A DNA stretch of 64,000 bases from Fidelibacterota bacterium (GCA_024278595.1 JAJRSW010000039.1:12594-76593); one strand, 5' to 3'; shown: positions 39,483-50,686, counted from the first letter of the stretch. Translations and numbers: made by a program. The notes: generated by a model not told the origin, from the letters alone.

Positions 39483-40616
39483 ATGAGTGAAAGATATAGT
39501 GTGATCGTAGATGCTGTTCGGAGTCCCATCGGTTTGAAAAATGGTGCAATGATCGGAATGCGTCCAGATGATATTACAGCCCAGGTTGTCAAAGGATTAA
39601 TGGCCCGAAACCCGGCTGTAAAACCTGAAATGGTTGAAGATCTGGTGTTGGGATGTGCCTTTCCAGAAGGTAACCAGGGGATGCTCATGGGCCGGGGAGT
39701 GGCTCTGTTAGCCGGGTTGCCGGTTACCACAACTGGCAGCACAGTGAATCGCTTTTGTGGCTCTTCCATGGATGCTTTGCATCAGCTGAGTACTGCCATC
39801 ATGGCCGGTGACAAAGAGATCGGGATCGCTGCTGGAGTTGAAGATATGTTTGGGGTGCCCATGGGTGGCTATAACCCGGACTTTAGTCCTGAACTTTATG
39901 AAATGGACTATTATATGGGGATGGGTGAAACTGCTGAAAATCTGGCCCGGGAATTAGATATCAATCGGGAGGACCAAGAAACCTTTGCCATTGATTCGCA
40001 TCAGAAAGCCCTGGCTGCCCAAGCTGCCGGTCGCTTTGACAATGAGATCATTCCTATTGAGATCGAAGGGGTGCGGGTTGAGCAGGATGAGGGGCCCAGG
40101 GAACCAAATATTGAGAAGATCAAATCGCTTTCACCCGCCTTTCTGGAGGATGGGACCATCACTGCGGCTACTTCAAGTCCCATCAGCGTGGGAGCTTCAG
40201 CAGTGCTGATTATGAGCAATACCAGGGCGGAAGAATTGGGTCTGAAAGTTAGAGCCAAGATCATTTCTCGCGCAGTTGCCGGTGTGGATCCCACACTGAT
40301 GGGCTCGGGACCATTACCAGCTACCGAAAAAGCATTGAATAATGCCGGAATGACGCTGGATCAGATGGATGTCATTGAATTGAACGAGGCTTTTAGCGCC
40401 CAGTCACTCTATGTCATTCGTAAAGGTGACTGGCCGCTTGAAAAGATCAATCTGAACGGTGGTGCCATAGCCTTAGGTCATCCCCTGGGATGTTCAGGAG
40501 CCCGGATTGTTACGACGCTCCTGAATGTGATGGAACAGCATGCTGCTCATTACGGCCTGGCCACCATGTGTATCGGTACCGGTCAAGGTATTGCCACCAT
40601 CATCGAAAGGAGCTGA
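39483..40616 (+). CDS. fadA: Acetyl-CoA C-acyltransferase (thiolase)
   Basis: NRFCGSS, NEAF, GGAIALGHPLG, MCIGTGQG. Confidence 0.95.
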   Translation: MSERYSVIVDAVRSPIGLKNGAMIGMRPDDITAQVVKGLMARNPAVKPEMVEDLVLGCAFPEGNQGMLMGRGVALLAGLPVTTTGSTVNRFCGSSMDALHQLSTAIMAGDKEIGIAAGVEDMFGVPMGGYNPDFSPELYEMDYYMGMGETAENLARELDINREDQETFAIDSHQKALAAQAAGRFDNEIIPIEIEGVRVEQDEGPREPNIEKIKSLSPAFLEDGTITAATSSPISVGASAVLIMSNTRAEELGLKVRAKIISRAVAGVDPTLMGSGPLPATEKALNNAGMTLDQMDVIELNEAFSAQSLYVIRKGDWPLEKINLNGGAIALGHPLGCSGARIVTTLLNVMEQHAAHYGLATMCIGTGQGIATIIERS

Positions 40617-40618
40617 TC

Positions 40619-42967
40619 ATGGCCTTTAAAATTGAAAAGGTAGCCATTCTGGGAGCTGGTGTCATGGGCGCTCAGATCGCCACCCACCTCTCAAATGCCG
40701 GCATCCCCAGTTTTCTGTTTGATATGAATCAGGAACTGGCGGTAAAAGGCTTGGAGGGGATGAAAAAGCTTAAACCCAGCCCGGTATATAATCCCAAAAC
40801 CTTGGGGATGATCACCCCGTGTAACTATGATGATCATCTGGACAAGATCGGTGAAGTTGATTGGGTCGTTGAAGTGATCGCCGAAAGGCTGGATTGGAAA
40901 CAGGGCTTGTTTGAAAAGATTATACCCCACATGAGTGATTCGGCTTTATTGACCAGTAACACATCAGGTCTGGCTCTATCAGAGATGGTCTCAAGCATGC
41001 CGGAGGATGTGAAGCAGCGCTTCTTTATCACGCATTTTTTTAATCCACCCCGCTATATGAAATTGGTTGAGCTCGTCGGGGGTTCCGAAACCGATCAGGA
41101 GGCCATGGAGGATATGGCGGTATTCCTGGAAGATGTACTGGGAAAGGGCGTGGTCTGGGCGAAGGACACGGCCAATTTTATTGCCAATCGGATCGGTGTG
41201 TACGGGATGATGTTAACGCTGAAGTTGGCTCGTGAAAAGCGTTTGAGCATCCCTGATGTTGATGGCTTGACCGGGACCGCCATTGGCCACATGAAATCAG
41301 CCACCTTCAGAACGGCCGATGTGGTTGGACTGGATACGCTGGTACATGTAGCAGAAAATGCCTATGACAAAGGTGAAGCCGACGAGGAGAGAGATATATT
41401 TCTCATCCCGGATTATCTGAAGTCAATGTTGGATAATGGCTGGCTGGGAGCCAAGACTAAACAGGGATTCTACAAAAAAGTAGATCGGAAAACTATTCTG
41501 GCTCTAAACCTGGATACCCTGGAGTATGAACCTTCCGTCAAAAAGAAATTTGATGCCATCAGGGTTTCAAAAAATGAGACCTATCTACCCGGGAAACTCA
41601 GAAGTATTGTCAAAATCGATGATGTGGCTGGGAAATTTCTATGGGAGCTCCACGCCGGAATTTTGATCTATTCTGCCAATCGTCTCCCTGAGATCTCTGA
41701 TGATATTGTCAACATTGACAATGCCATGAAATGGGGTTTTGGATGGGAAATGGGTCCCTTTGAGATCTGGGATGCCTTGGGAGTAGCTGAAACTATAACT
41801 CGCATGAAACAGGATGGTTATAAGATTCCAGCCTGGGTCACAAATATGCTGGGTAAAGGAATCGCATCATTCTATGGCTTTGATGGTCAGGTGAAAACCT
41901 ATTACGATCCAGCCAGTGAATCCATGCAAGCCGTACCAACCCATCTCCTCGCTGTCGATTTTGATGTGGTTAAGAAAACGGGCGGTTTGATCAAAAAAGA
42001 TTGGTCAGCATCATTGATCGATCTAGGTGATGGTGTGGCTGCAGTTACCATGCACTCCGTGCTTCAGCCCACCTTCAATCCCATTGACGGATCCATGATC
42101 GGAATGTTTGATCAGGCCGTGGATTGGGTCCAGGAAAATGGCTACAAAGGCTTGGTGATCGCCTCTGAAGCCACTCACTTTTCTGCCGGGGCTAATCTGG
42201 CCCTCATGCTAAAAGCGATTGATGAAAAAGATTGGGATAGTCTGGAGGCTATGAGTAAAGGAATGCAGGATACGCTGCAGAAACTGCGCTTTGCTTCCTT
42301 CCCGGTTGTTGCTGCCCCCCATTCTCTGGCTTTGGGCGGTGGTTATGAAACCATCGGCGCCTGTGATCGGATCGTAGCTGCTGCTGAATTATATACAGGC
42401 TTAGTTGAAGTCGGTGTGGGACTGATTCCCGGTGGTGGCGGCAATCTACGCATGATCATGAAAACCAGCGATCGTTTGGCCAAAGGTCGGGCGGGGGCGT
42501 TCCCAGTAGCCCAAAAGTGTTTCGAAGCAATTGGGTTCGCCAAGGTTTCAATGTCAGCAAAAGAAGCCGTGGCCATTGGTTATCTCACCAAGCAGGATAA
42601 GATCATCATCAATGGGGACCATCGGGTTGCCAAGGCCAAGGAGGAAGTCCTGGCCATGAGTGAAGGCTATGCGGCTCCAGACATGCGGACTGATCTATTC
42701 CTGCCTGGAAAAGGCGGACGACTGGCTGTCAGGAGTACTGTAAAAGGCTTTCTGAAAACAGGAAAGATCTCGGAACATGATGCATTCATAGCCGAGAAGT
42801 TAGCTTTTGTGCTTACTGGTGGTGATAAGGGTGGGATTATGAAACCTCTGGATGAACAATATCTACTGGATATTGAAAGAGAGGCTTTTGTTTCACTTGC
42901 CGGGGAACCAAAGACCCGGGCGCGCATAGAATACATGTTGAAGCGAGGTAAACCTCTCAGAAACTAA
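40619..42967 (+). CDS. fadN: 3-hydroxyacyl-CoA dehydrogenase/enoyl-CoA hydratase (FadN type)
   Basis: GAGVMG, SNTSG, HFFNPPRY; C-terminal crotonase FSAGANL, GLVEVGVGLIP; GKPLRN end. Confidence 0.93.
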   Translation: MAFKIEKVAILGAGVMGAQIATHLSNAGIPSFLFDMNQELAVKGLEGMKKLKPSPVYNPKTLGMITPCNYDDHLDKIGEVDWVVEVIAERLDWKQGLFEKIIPHMSDSALLTSNTSGLALSEMVSSMPEDVKQRFFITHFFNPPRYMKLVELVGGSETDQEAMEDMAVFLEDVLGKGVVWAKDTANFIANRIGVYGMMLTLKLAREKRLSIPDVDGLTGTAIGHMKSATFRTADVVGLDTLVHVAENAYDKGEADEERDIFLIPDYLKSMLDNGWLGAKTKQGFYKKVDRKTILALNLDTLEYEPSVKKKFDAIRVSKNETYLPGKLRSIVKIDDVAGKFLWELHAGILIYSANRLPEISDDIVNIDNAMKWGFGWEMGPFEIWDALGVAETITRMKQDGYKIPAWVTNMLGKGIASFYGFDGQVKTYYDPASESMQAVPTHLLAVDFDVVKKTGGLIKKDWSASLIDLGDGVAAVTMHSVLQPTFNPIDGSMIGMFDQAVDWVQENGYKGLVIASEATHFSAGANLALMLKAIDEKDWDSLEAMSKGMQDTLQKLRFASFPVVAAPHSLALGGGYETIGACDRIVAAAELYTGLVEVGVGLIPGGGGNLRMIMKTSDRLAKGRAGAFPVAQKCFEAIGFAKVSMSAKEAVAIGYLTKQDKIIINGDHRVAKAKEEVLAMSEGYAAPDMRTDLFLPGKGGRLAVRSTVKGFLKTGKISEHDAFIAEKLAFVLTGGDKGGIMKPLDEQYLLDIEREAFVSLAGEPKTRARIEYMLKRGKPLRN

Positions 42968-43015
42968 TCAGTGCCCCAGGGTTTTCCGTTTTCCTCCTCA
43001 GGGTGCTTTTAATAA

Positions 43016-43043
43016 GAGGCGGCGATTTCTAATCGTCGCCTTT
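43016..43043 (+). terminator. Probable terminator after the fad operon
   Basis: aggcggcgatt-tct-aatcgtcgcct hairpin followed by tt. Confidence 0.6.
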
Positions 43044-43201
43044 GTATGTTCTGATAATCTTTGATATGGCTGGACCTTATGCACAACCCGTTCACTCATC
43101 CAAAGTGAGTGTCGTCAAATTTTCAGCGGTTTTGTAAACTATAAATTTGCTGATCACTTATTATAGACTTATTTTTAGGAAAAAATATTCAGGACAAAGA
43201 T

Positions 43202-43531
43202 ATGGACCTTGCCCAAAAACAACAGATTGCTGATCGCATCGCCGCTGAGATCAAAAGTACTCGGACACAGATATCTGAGTTGGAAGAGCTCACCAAACCA
43301 ATCCCACTTGATGGTACCGTTGGTCGCATCTCCAGGATGGAAGCGATCAACAATAAAAGTGTAAATGAGCATTTACTCGCAAAGACCAAAGCCAGACTGG
43401 TAAAATTAGAATCATCCCGCTCCTTTATCGAAAAAGAGGATTATGGAAACTGTCGGGCCTGCAAACAACCCATTCCTCTGGGACGCTTGATGATGCTTCC
43501 TGAAACAGATAAATGTGTAGAATGTGCCTGA
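43202..43531 (+). CDS. TraR/DksA family zinc-finger protein
   Basis: GRISRMEA, YGNCRAC...RL..PE...CVEC. Confidence 0.9.
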   Translation: MDLAQKQQIADRIAAEIKSTRTQISELEELTKPIPLDGTVGRISRMEAINNKSVNEHLLAKTKARLVKLESSRSFIEKEDYGNCRACKQPIPLGRLMMLPETDKCVECA

Positions 43532-43690
43532 TACAGAATATGTCTGAAGATCAGCCAGCAAATAGCTTCTAAGGTGATTCGCTGTTGGTGTTAAGCTGAA
43601 AGCAGTACATAACCATGGTAGCCATGAATATTCGTATTTACATCGACTACTTATGAGAATTGAAAAAAGGTCGCGCTTTCTAGATTAATG

Positions 43691-44038
43691 CTAACAGGTT
43701 ATATGTAAGACCAGATTCGTGTCCTTGTCGTTGATGTGTGATATTGCAGCAGGTGTTTTTTTGACGATCAGGGCCACATTCATTTCGTGGGCTCGGGCCC
43801 GGACTTCTTCTGTGACTGGTAGACGACCATTCATGCCTGTTCCGATCACCAGCGTTCGACAATTCCAGGGGATGTTTTCAGCTGTGGTCAGGGGCGTATG
43901 CCCATAGCGGGATTTGAGGGCTCGAGATGATCTTTTGTTTCGAATTTCAACCAGACGATTATTACTGATCACCACATCCTGAGTATATATTTTACCATCT
44001 ATTGTGATCTTGCCAAAGAGCAGGGTATCAACTTGCAA
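43691..44038 (-). CDS. Mth938-like (DUF498) protein
   Basis: FGKITIDG..Y..DV, LVIGTG, HITC end. Confidence 0.85.
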   Translation of the reverse strand: MQVDTLLFGKITIDGKIYTQDVVISNNRLVEIRNKRSSRALKSRYGHTPLTTAENIPWNCRTLVIGTGMNGRLPVTEEVRARAHEMNVALIVKKTPAAISHINDKDTNLVLHITC

Positions 44039-44142
44039 TTATGAACCTCGAATTGTGATAAGTTACATGATCAGCTATTATTTCCAGAAATCTTCTGGGC
44101 GCTGTGTGATTAGAAAAAACCGCTAGTTTCTGATCAATAAGA

Positions 44143-45192
44143 TCAACAGATACGCGGGAGTTGCTCTCCAACAGGCATATCTACGATCCGGTTGGCGCCC
44201 AGGCCGGTACGCAATGCCACGATACCAGGATGCTTGTCAGTTACTTCACCGATAATAACAGCAGCCTGTCCCAGTGGATTGGCCTGCATGGCCACTAACA
44301 TTTCAGCAGCTATTTCAGTTGGAACAATGGCCAGCAATTTCCCTTCATTTGCCACGTACAGCGGATCAATGCCCAGGATCTCACAGGCACCCCGAACATT
44401 TTCTTTTACGGGTATGGTATCGGTGAAAAGCTGGATACCCACCTGCGAACTATGGGCAAATTCATTTAAACTGGTAGCCAGCCCTCCTCGGGTGGGATCC
44501 CGCATGGCGTGGATATCTTTGCTTACCTGCAGCATGTCTGCCACAAGATGATTCAACCCGGCAGTATCGCTAGTCACTTTGGATTGGAATGAAAGGCCTT
44601 CCCGGCTGGTCATGACCGCCATCCCATGGTCCGCCACGGTTCCCGAAAGTAGAATTTTATCCCCGGGTTTTAGATTGGCGGCCGAGATGTGAACATCATC
44701 CGGCACAAAACCAAATCCAGTGGTATTGATAAACAATTTATCGCAGCTGCCACGATTCACCACTTTCGTGTCACCAGCGACGATCTGAACCCCGGCAAGT
44801 TTGGCTGCCTTTTCCATGGAGAGTACTATTCGGTGTAAAATTTCAAACGGCAGACCTTCTTCAAGAATGAATCCAACACTCATGAATTTTGGCTGGGCGC
44901 CACTCATGGCCACATCATTAACCGTTCCATTGATGGCCAGATCGCCAATATCTCCACCGGGGAAAAAGATGGGGTCTACCACAAAGGTATCAGTGCTAAA
45001 GGCTATTCTGCCGCCTGGATTTTCCAGGATGGCCTGATCTTCCATTTTCTCAAGGGTGGTATTGGTGAACCGGGGCAAAAAGATCTTATCGATCATCTCA
45101 CTGGAGAGTTTGCCACCGGCACCGTGGGCCAGTTGGACTGTATCATGAGTTAGAATGGGTACGGGGCAGGCAAGGGCTTCAGGAATATCCAT
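44143..45192 (-). CDS. hypE: Hydrogenase maturation protein HypE
   Basis: HGAGG, FFPGGDIG, GDTKVV, RDPTRGG, C-terminal LPRIC. Confidence 0.98.
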   Translation of the reverse strand: MDIPEALACPVPILTHDTVQLAHGAGGKLSSEMIDKIFLPRFTNTTLEKMEDQAILENPGGRIAFSTDTFVVDPIFFPGGDIGDLAINGTVNDVAMSGAQPKFMSVGFILEEGLPFEILHRIVLSMEKAAKLAGVQIVAGDTKVVNRGSCDKLFINTTGFGFVPDDVHISAANLKPGDKILLSGTVADHGMAVMTSREGLSFQSKVTSDTAGLNHLVADMLQVSKDIHAMRDPTRGGLATSLNEFAHSSQVGIQLFTDTIPVKENVRGACEILGIDPLYVANEGKLLAIVPTEIAAEMLVAMQANPLGQAAVIIGEVTDKHPGIVALRTGLGANRIVDMPVGEQLPRIC

Positions 45193-45239
45193 GTATGATT
45201 CTCGCTTAAAATTACAGTTTACGCTCAGTGTTTTGCAGA

Positions 45240-46334
45240 CTAATTGTCTAATATTCGTTGATATTTAAAATACGCTGCACAAGCACCCTCACTGGAAACC
45301 ATGGTTGCTCCCAGGGGGGTCTGGGGCGTGCATTCTTTACCAAAAGCAGGACAATCGTGGGGCTTCTTCAAGCCCTGCAGGATCACACCACTGATGCAGA
45401 TCTCAGGTTCCTCAGTATGAATATCAGTCACTTCGAACTTTAATTCAGCATCATAGGCCGCATATTTTTGGGTAATTTTAAACCCGCTGACTGGTATTTC
45501 ACCAATCCCTCGCCACTTGCGGTCAGTAATCTCAAAAATATCTCGAATGATATTCTGGGCTGCTTTGTTGCCACCCTGTTCCACGATCCTGGTGTAACGA
45601 TTTTCCACGTGGTGGGTGCCAGCTTCCAATTGTTTAACGGTATGTAGAATTCCATCCAGAACATCCAAGGGTTCAAAACCGGTGATGACGATGGGAACCT
45701 CATATTTTTTGGCAATGGGATCATACTCGTCCCAGCCCATTACTGTGCATACATGACCGGCTGCCAAATAACCTTGAACGCGATTTGACGGAGATGAGAG
45801 GAGGGTCTCCATGGCAGGAGGGACCAGGGCATGGCTCACAAGCTCACTGAAGTTGCTTAAACCTTCCTTGGCCGCTTGAGCAATGGCCATGGCATTCCCG
45901 GGAGCAGTGGTCTCGAATCCCACAGCAAAGAAGACTACCTCCTTGTCCGGATTTTCACGAGCGATCTTCAAACTCTCCAAGGGGGAAAAGACGGTTCGCA
46001 CATCGCCACCTTCTGAGCGGACCATAAATAGATCTTTATGGCTGCCAGGAACCCTTAGCATATCACCAAAGCTGGTAAAGATCACATCGGGACGACCGGC
46101 AATTTCAAGGGCCTGATCAATGATCTCCAGCGGCGTAACGCAGACCGGACATCCCGGGCCGTGAACCAGCTCGATCTCTTTGGGCAGCACCTGGTCGATG
46201 CCATTACGAATGATGGAATGGGTCTGGCCGCCACAGATCTCCATGATCACCCAGGGTTGGGTGGTGACTGCGTGAATTTCAGCCAGGATCTTTTTGGCAA
46301 CAACCGGGTCGCGGAATTCATCTAAATATTTCAT
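45240..46334 (-). CDS. hypD: Hydrogenase maturation protein HypD
   Basis: [31 protein letters not shown]. Confidence 0.98.
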   Translation of the reverse strand: MKYLDEFRDPVVAKKILAEIHAVTTQPWVIMEICGGQTHSIIRNGIDQVLPKEIELVHGPGCPVCVTPLEIIDQALEIAGRPDVIFTSFGDMLRVPGSHKDLFMVRSEGGDVRTVFSPLESLKIARENPDKEVVFFAVGFETTAPGNAMAIAQAAKEGLSNFSELVSHALVPPAMETLLSSPSNRVQGYLAAGHVCTVMGWDEYDPIAKKYEVPIVITGFEPLDVLDGILHTVKQLEAGTHHVENRYTRIVEQGGNKAAQNIIRDIFEITDRKWRGIGEIPVSGFKITQKYAAYDAELKFEVTDIHTEEPEICISGVILQGLKKPHDCPAFGKECTPQTPLGATMVSSEGACAAYFKYQRILDN

Positions 46335-46641
46335 TTATGCTCATCTTTTTTTAGCCACGAATTCTCATGGATGTACACAGATGTATTTGGTGGGAGTAAA
46401 CGCTGCTCAACCATTTTGCAATTATGGATCATACTTTTTCATCTGTGTGAATCTGTATCCGAGACTTATGACCTAGTGTCGAGTCAACCATGTCTTGTCC
46501 TTTTTGCTGTTACCTGCGTTAAATATTTCAACCATAGCTATACTTCGATGAACTCAGCACGAGCGGCTATGCTAAGAATATTTGCCTGGTTGGCAACAAA
46601 AACTCCTGCGACTTTTTGCACATAACATGGTTAACACAACA

Positions 46642-46914
46642 CTAGTCAGGCCGTTCTAGTTTTTCAATCTCAATGCCATCAGCTTGGGCTGCATCGATCA
46701 CTTCATCCCAGGCATCAAAAGAATTATTGGCTTCTTCTTCATTCAAAACTGATAGGGCAAACCCAGCATGGACAATAGTGTATTGACCAATTTCGATCTC
46801 AGGAACATATTCTAAACAGGCCTTGCTTACCGAACCAGAAAAGTCAATATTGCCCATTTTGAGACCGTTCTCGTCAAATATTTCTAATAGTTTTCCGGGG
46901 ATTGCTAGGCACAT
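46642..46914 (-). CDS. hypC: Hydrogenase chaperone HypC
   Basis: MCLAIPG, VHAGFAL. Confidence 0.98.
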   Translation of the reverse strand: MCLAIPGKLLEIFDENGLKMGNIDFSGSVSKACLEYVPEIEIGQYTIVHAGFALSVLNEEEANNSFDAWDEVIDAAQADGIEIEKLERPD

Positions 46915-46982
46915 GTGGGGGGTCCTGTTTTAGTTTGGTGGGTTTGATGGGTTTTTGATATGAATTTGCATATTCTAAATAC

Positions 46983-47348
46983 TTAAGATCTTCGTGAATA
47001 ATTCTGCAGTTTTAGTGTCATCTTCGATATGCGCTCGATTTGGTCGTAAAGCTTATTAAAAATCTTGTTGTCAATATAGTCCAAATCTAAGGCAATGTAT
47101 AGATGGGACTGCAATTCTGAAGCTGAACCGTGAGAGTAAATTAAAAAGTTAGCAAATTCTTTTGAACTTTCTCGGCCAAATCCCTCTGCAATGTTTGCCA
47201 TTATAGAGACACTACAGCTGCTTGTTTGATCTCTAAGCCCGCAGTCGCAAGAATATTGTCCATTATTTGTCACCCGATAAATGTGGGTCGTTAATATTCT
47301 AGATTTTTGCCATACTTCAAGATCTTCAAATTGTTTAAATGTAGTCAT
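46983..47348 (-). CDS. Four-helix-bundle protein (TIGR02436 / IVS / bAvd-like)
   Basis: FEDLEVWQ, LRDQ, SI.ANIAEG, GSASEL. Confidence 0.9.
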   Translation of the reverse strand: MTTFKQFEDLEVWQKSRILTTHIYRVTNNGQYSCDCGLRDQTSSCSVSIMANIAEGFGRESSKEFANFLIYSHGSASELQSHLYIALDLDYIDNKIFNKLYDQIERISKMTLKLQNYSRRS

Positions 47349-47395
47349 AAATAGCTCTTGTTTTCAGGATTCGCGAACATATTAAACCCAAAAAC

Positions 47396-49667
47396 TCAAA
47401 AACTCAAAAACCCCCGCCCGATAGCTATCTGCCCCAGGGCTAACCCGCCATCATTGCTGGGGACTTGTCCATGGGTATAGACCTCAAATTGATCTCGTTC
47501 TAAAACTTGCAAAAGTCCCTCAAAAAGCAACTGATTCTGAAAGACTCCACCACTCAAAACAAGCTTGGCAATACCCGTATCATTTCTGAGAAGTTCAGCA
47601 ATATGAACAAAGGTTTTAATTAAGCTGTGGTGAAACCATTGGCTTAAGGCGGTAATAGATTTACCGGAGTTTATCCTGCGTACTAACTCATGCATGATAT
47701 GTGAGATAGAGATGGCATGATGGTTTTCATGTTTCAACAGATCAAAGTTAGTAAAATCCAGGCCCAATTCATTATGAGCTGCCTGCATAAATTCGATGGC
47801 GGCCTGAGCCTCATAGCGAATCTCCTGCCGGCCACCGGATAGGGCTGCCACTGCATCAAACAACCGTCCGCAACTACTGGTCAGGGGTGAGTTTAGTCCC
47901 TGTTCAATCATTTGAATGATAGGGGTCAGGTCTTTGTTCAACAATGCTGGAATAGCAGGTAGCTCGACACCATAACTGTGGTGGAGATAACTTGCTCCAA
48001 TGCGCCACGGAGCCCTGATGGCAGCCTCGCCACCGGGTAAGGGCATGGGCTCAAAAAAGGCTTTTCGCTGGAATCCATGGAGATCACCTATCAGAAATTC
48101 ACCGCCCCAGATCGTACCATCAGTTCCAAAGCCCGTACCATCCATGATGATCCCGATAACCGGTTCATCTAGGCCATTCTCAAGCATGCATGCTGCCAGA
48201 TGGGCATGGTGATGCTGAACCCCGAGTAAGGGCAGATCTTGTTCCCTGGCCCATTTTGTAGCTAGATATTCCGGGTGCAGATCGTGGACGATTAGCTCGG
48301 GTTCGATCTCGAAAATACGTTTGATGTGCTCCATGGTCATCTGGAAAAACTCATAAGCTTCCAAATTCTCAAGATCTCCGATATGTTGACTAAGGAATAC
48401 CTGATCATCTTTTGAAAGTGCGATGGTATTTTTCAATTCACCGCCCACAGCCAGAATGGCAGGCCCCTTGTTCTTTAAGAATATGGGTCGGGGAGCAGAG
48501 CCGCGACTACGCCGGATCGGACGGATCTCACCGGCCATTTCCGTAACTACGGAATCATCACTGCGCAAATATATATCCCGGTCATGCAGCAGAAAATAGT
48601 CAGCCATACCGCTCAGACGCTCCAGTGCTTCATCATTGTCAATACAAATTGGTTCTTCACTAAAGTTGGCGCTGGTCATCACCAGCACGCTCAAGGTATC
48701 ATTGAGTAACAAGTGGTGCAGGGGAGTATAGGGAAGCATGATTCCCAGACGATCATTTCCAGGCGCGATATTGGGAGCAAGATCAGTCAGATCTTTGATC
48801 GAAGCCAGCAGGATCGGTGCCTGAATTGACGATAGAGCCTGCTCCTCAGCTGGATCGAGCTGGACGATCTGATGAGCCATTTCTAGATCACGTATCATCA
48901 GGGCAAAGGGTTTTTCAGCACGCCCTTTTGCGATGCGCAATGTAGCCACTGCAGTTTCATTGCCGGCATCCACAGCCAGGTGAAAGCCACCGAGACCTTT
49001 GATGGCCAGGATCTTCCCTTCAGTTAGTAACTGGACTGTCTTTAAGATCGGATCATCAACATCCTGACGCATCCCGCTGGCATCAGTAAGCCAGATCTGG
49101 GGGCCACATACTGGACAGGCATTGGGCTGGGCATGAAACCGGCGATCTTCCGGATCCTCGTACTCTGTTTTACAATCCTGGCAAAGTGGAAAATCCTTCA
49201 TGGAGGTAAATGGTCGATCATAGGGGATATTTTCGATGATAGTATAGCGGGGACCACAATTGGTACAGTTAATGAACGGATAATGAAAACGCCGATCTCC
49301 TGGATCAAAAAGCTCCTGGCGGCAATCCTCACAGAGGGCCACATCAGGAGCAATAAGGGTGGAAACAGCTGCCTGCCCCGCTGATGGTATAATGATAAAT
49401 TCAGTATCATCGGATAGGGGAATATCCTCGGCGTCAATTGAAATTATGGTTGAAAGTGGTGGGGCCTCCAGACCAAGCCGCTGGTCAAATTCAGCATGTT
49501 GGGCTGAACTGCCCTGGATCTTAACCTTCACCCCCTCCGATGTATTTGAGACAGAGCCCCGCAGCCCAATATCACGAGCCAGGTTGTAAATAAATGGCCG
49601 AAACCCCACCCCCTGGACAATCCCATTAATCGTAATTAGGCGTCTAGTTTTGATTATGGATTCCCAT
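47396..49667 (-). CDS. hypF: Carbamoyltransferase HypF (apparent frameshift just after the ATG at 49667)
   Basis: GIVQGVGFRPF, two CxxC zinc fingers, KGLGGFHL, QHHHAH, DGTG, PSNDGG; main open frame lacks a canonical start upstream of GTG 49609. Confidence 0.93.
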
Positions 49668-49775
49668 TTACCTTTTCACAATAAATTCAAGAAAGATTAT
49701 GAAACATGCTTGATTTTAAACAATTCGTGTCATTTGCGAAAGTCATGGTTGTGTCATTCTTAGGCAAATATAAAT

Positions 49776-50579
49776 TTACTTTTTGATGCTTGCGTGTAGC
49801 CAGGAATACCAGGCCTCCAGACCTTCACCCGTAGTTGCCGACAATTCAAAGAATTCCAGGTGGTGATTAACCTGCAGTGCATATTCTTTGCACTTAGCTA
49901 CGTCAAATTGAACATAGGGGAGTAGATCGATCTTATTGATCACACAAATATCGGCGGTGTCAAACATGCTTGGATATTTGATCGGTTTATCATCACCCTC
50001 AGTGACACTGATCACCACCACTCGTTTATTTTCACCGAGATCGAATAGAGCGGGGCAGACCAGATTACCTACGTTCTCAATAAATAAGAGAGAATCGTTC
50101 TTCAGCTTTAGCTCGGTGTAAGCTGTGTGGATCATCTCGGCATCAAGGTGACAGCCATTCCCAGTATTTATCTGCAGGACAGGCACCCCTGTGGCCGCCA
50201 CACGATCTGCATCATTCATAGTCTGTTGATCACCTTCAATAACAGCACAGGCAATGTCGTTAATATCTGTGAGGGTCTTTTCTAAAAGGGTGGTCTTTCC
50301 CGATCCTGGAGAACTTACCAGATTAATCGTGAAGACATTTTTAGCTTCAAAATAGCCCCGGTTCCGTTGAGCCAGGAGGCTATTTTCACCCAGAATATCC
50401 TGCTCGATGGCAAGGGTACGATCATGACCGTGATTGTGGTCATGGTCGTGAGTATGAGTATGGGTCGTCCCATCAGCATGGGTATGAGTGGCACCCGCTC
50501 CGTGGTGCTGGTGTTCCTCACCATGTTTTCTGAACGTTACTGTTTCACCGGGTAATCCGCAGCCACAACTATCACACAT
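49776..50579 (-). CDS. hypB: Ni-binding GTPase HypB
   Basis: MCDSCGC, His-rich tract, SSPGSGKT, CHLDA, ENVGNLVCPA, NKIDL. Confidence 0.98.
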   Translation of the reverse strand: MCDSCGCGLPGETVTFRKHGEEHQHHGAGATHTHADGTTHTHTHDHDHNHGHDRTLAIEQDILGENSLLAQRNRGYFEAKNVFTINLVSSPGSGKTTLLEKTLTDINDIACAVIEGDQQTMNDADRVAATGVPVLQINTGNGCHLDAEMIHTAYTELKLKNDSLLFIENVGNLVCPALFDLGENKRVVVISVTEGDDKPIKYPSMFDTADICVINKIDLLPYVQFDVAKCKEYALQVNHHLEFFELSATTGEGLEAWYSWLHASIKK

Positions 50580-50599
50580 ATTACATTCCTCCTTTTATA

Positions 50600-50672
50600 G
50601 CCACCCATGCACCAAGACGCAAAGGATCACAAAAATAATTTGAGTATCCTTGGACCTTCATGTCTTCGTGGC
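50600..50672. repeat. 73-bp imperfect palindromic element, related to 12538-12610
   Basis: gccac...aagacgcaaagg..cacaaaa...tgtcttcgtggc. Confidence 0.65.
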
Positions 50673-50686
50673 AAGCAATAGCTACA

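Noticed and set aside
46983-47348. Diversity-generating retroelement (Avd-like gene)
   Set aside because: No reverse transcriptase and no TR/VR pair with adenine-specific mismatches; the CTD duplication differs mainly at synonymous sites.
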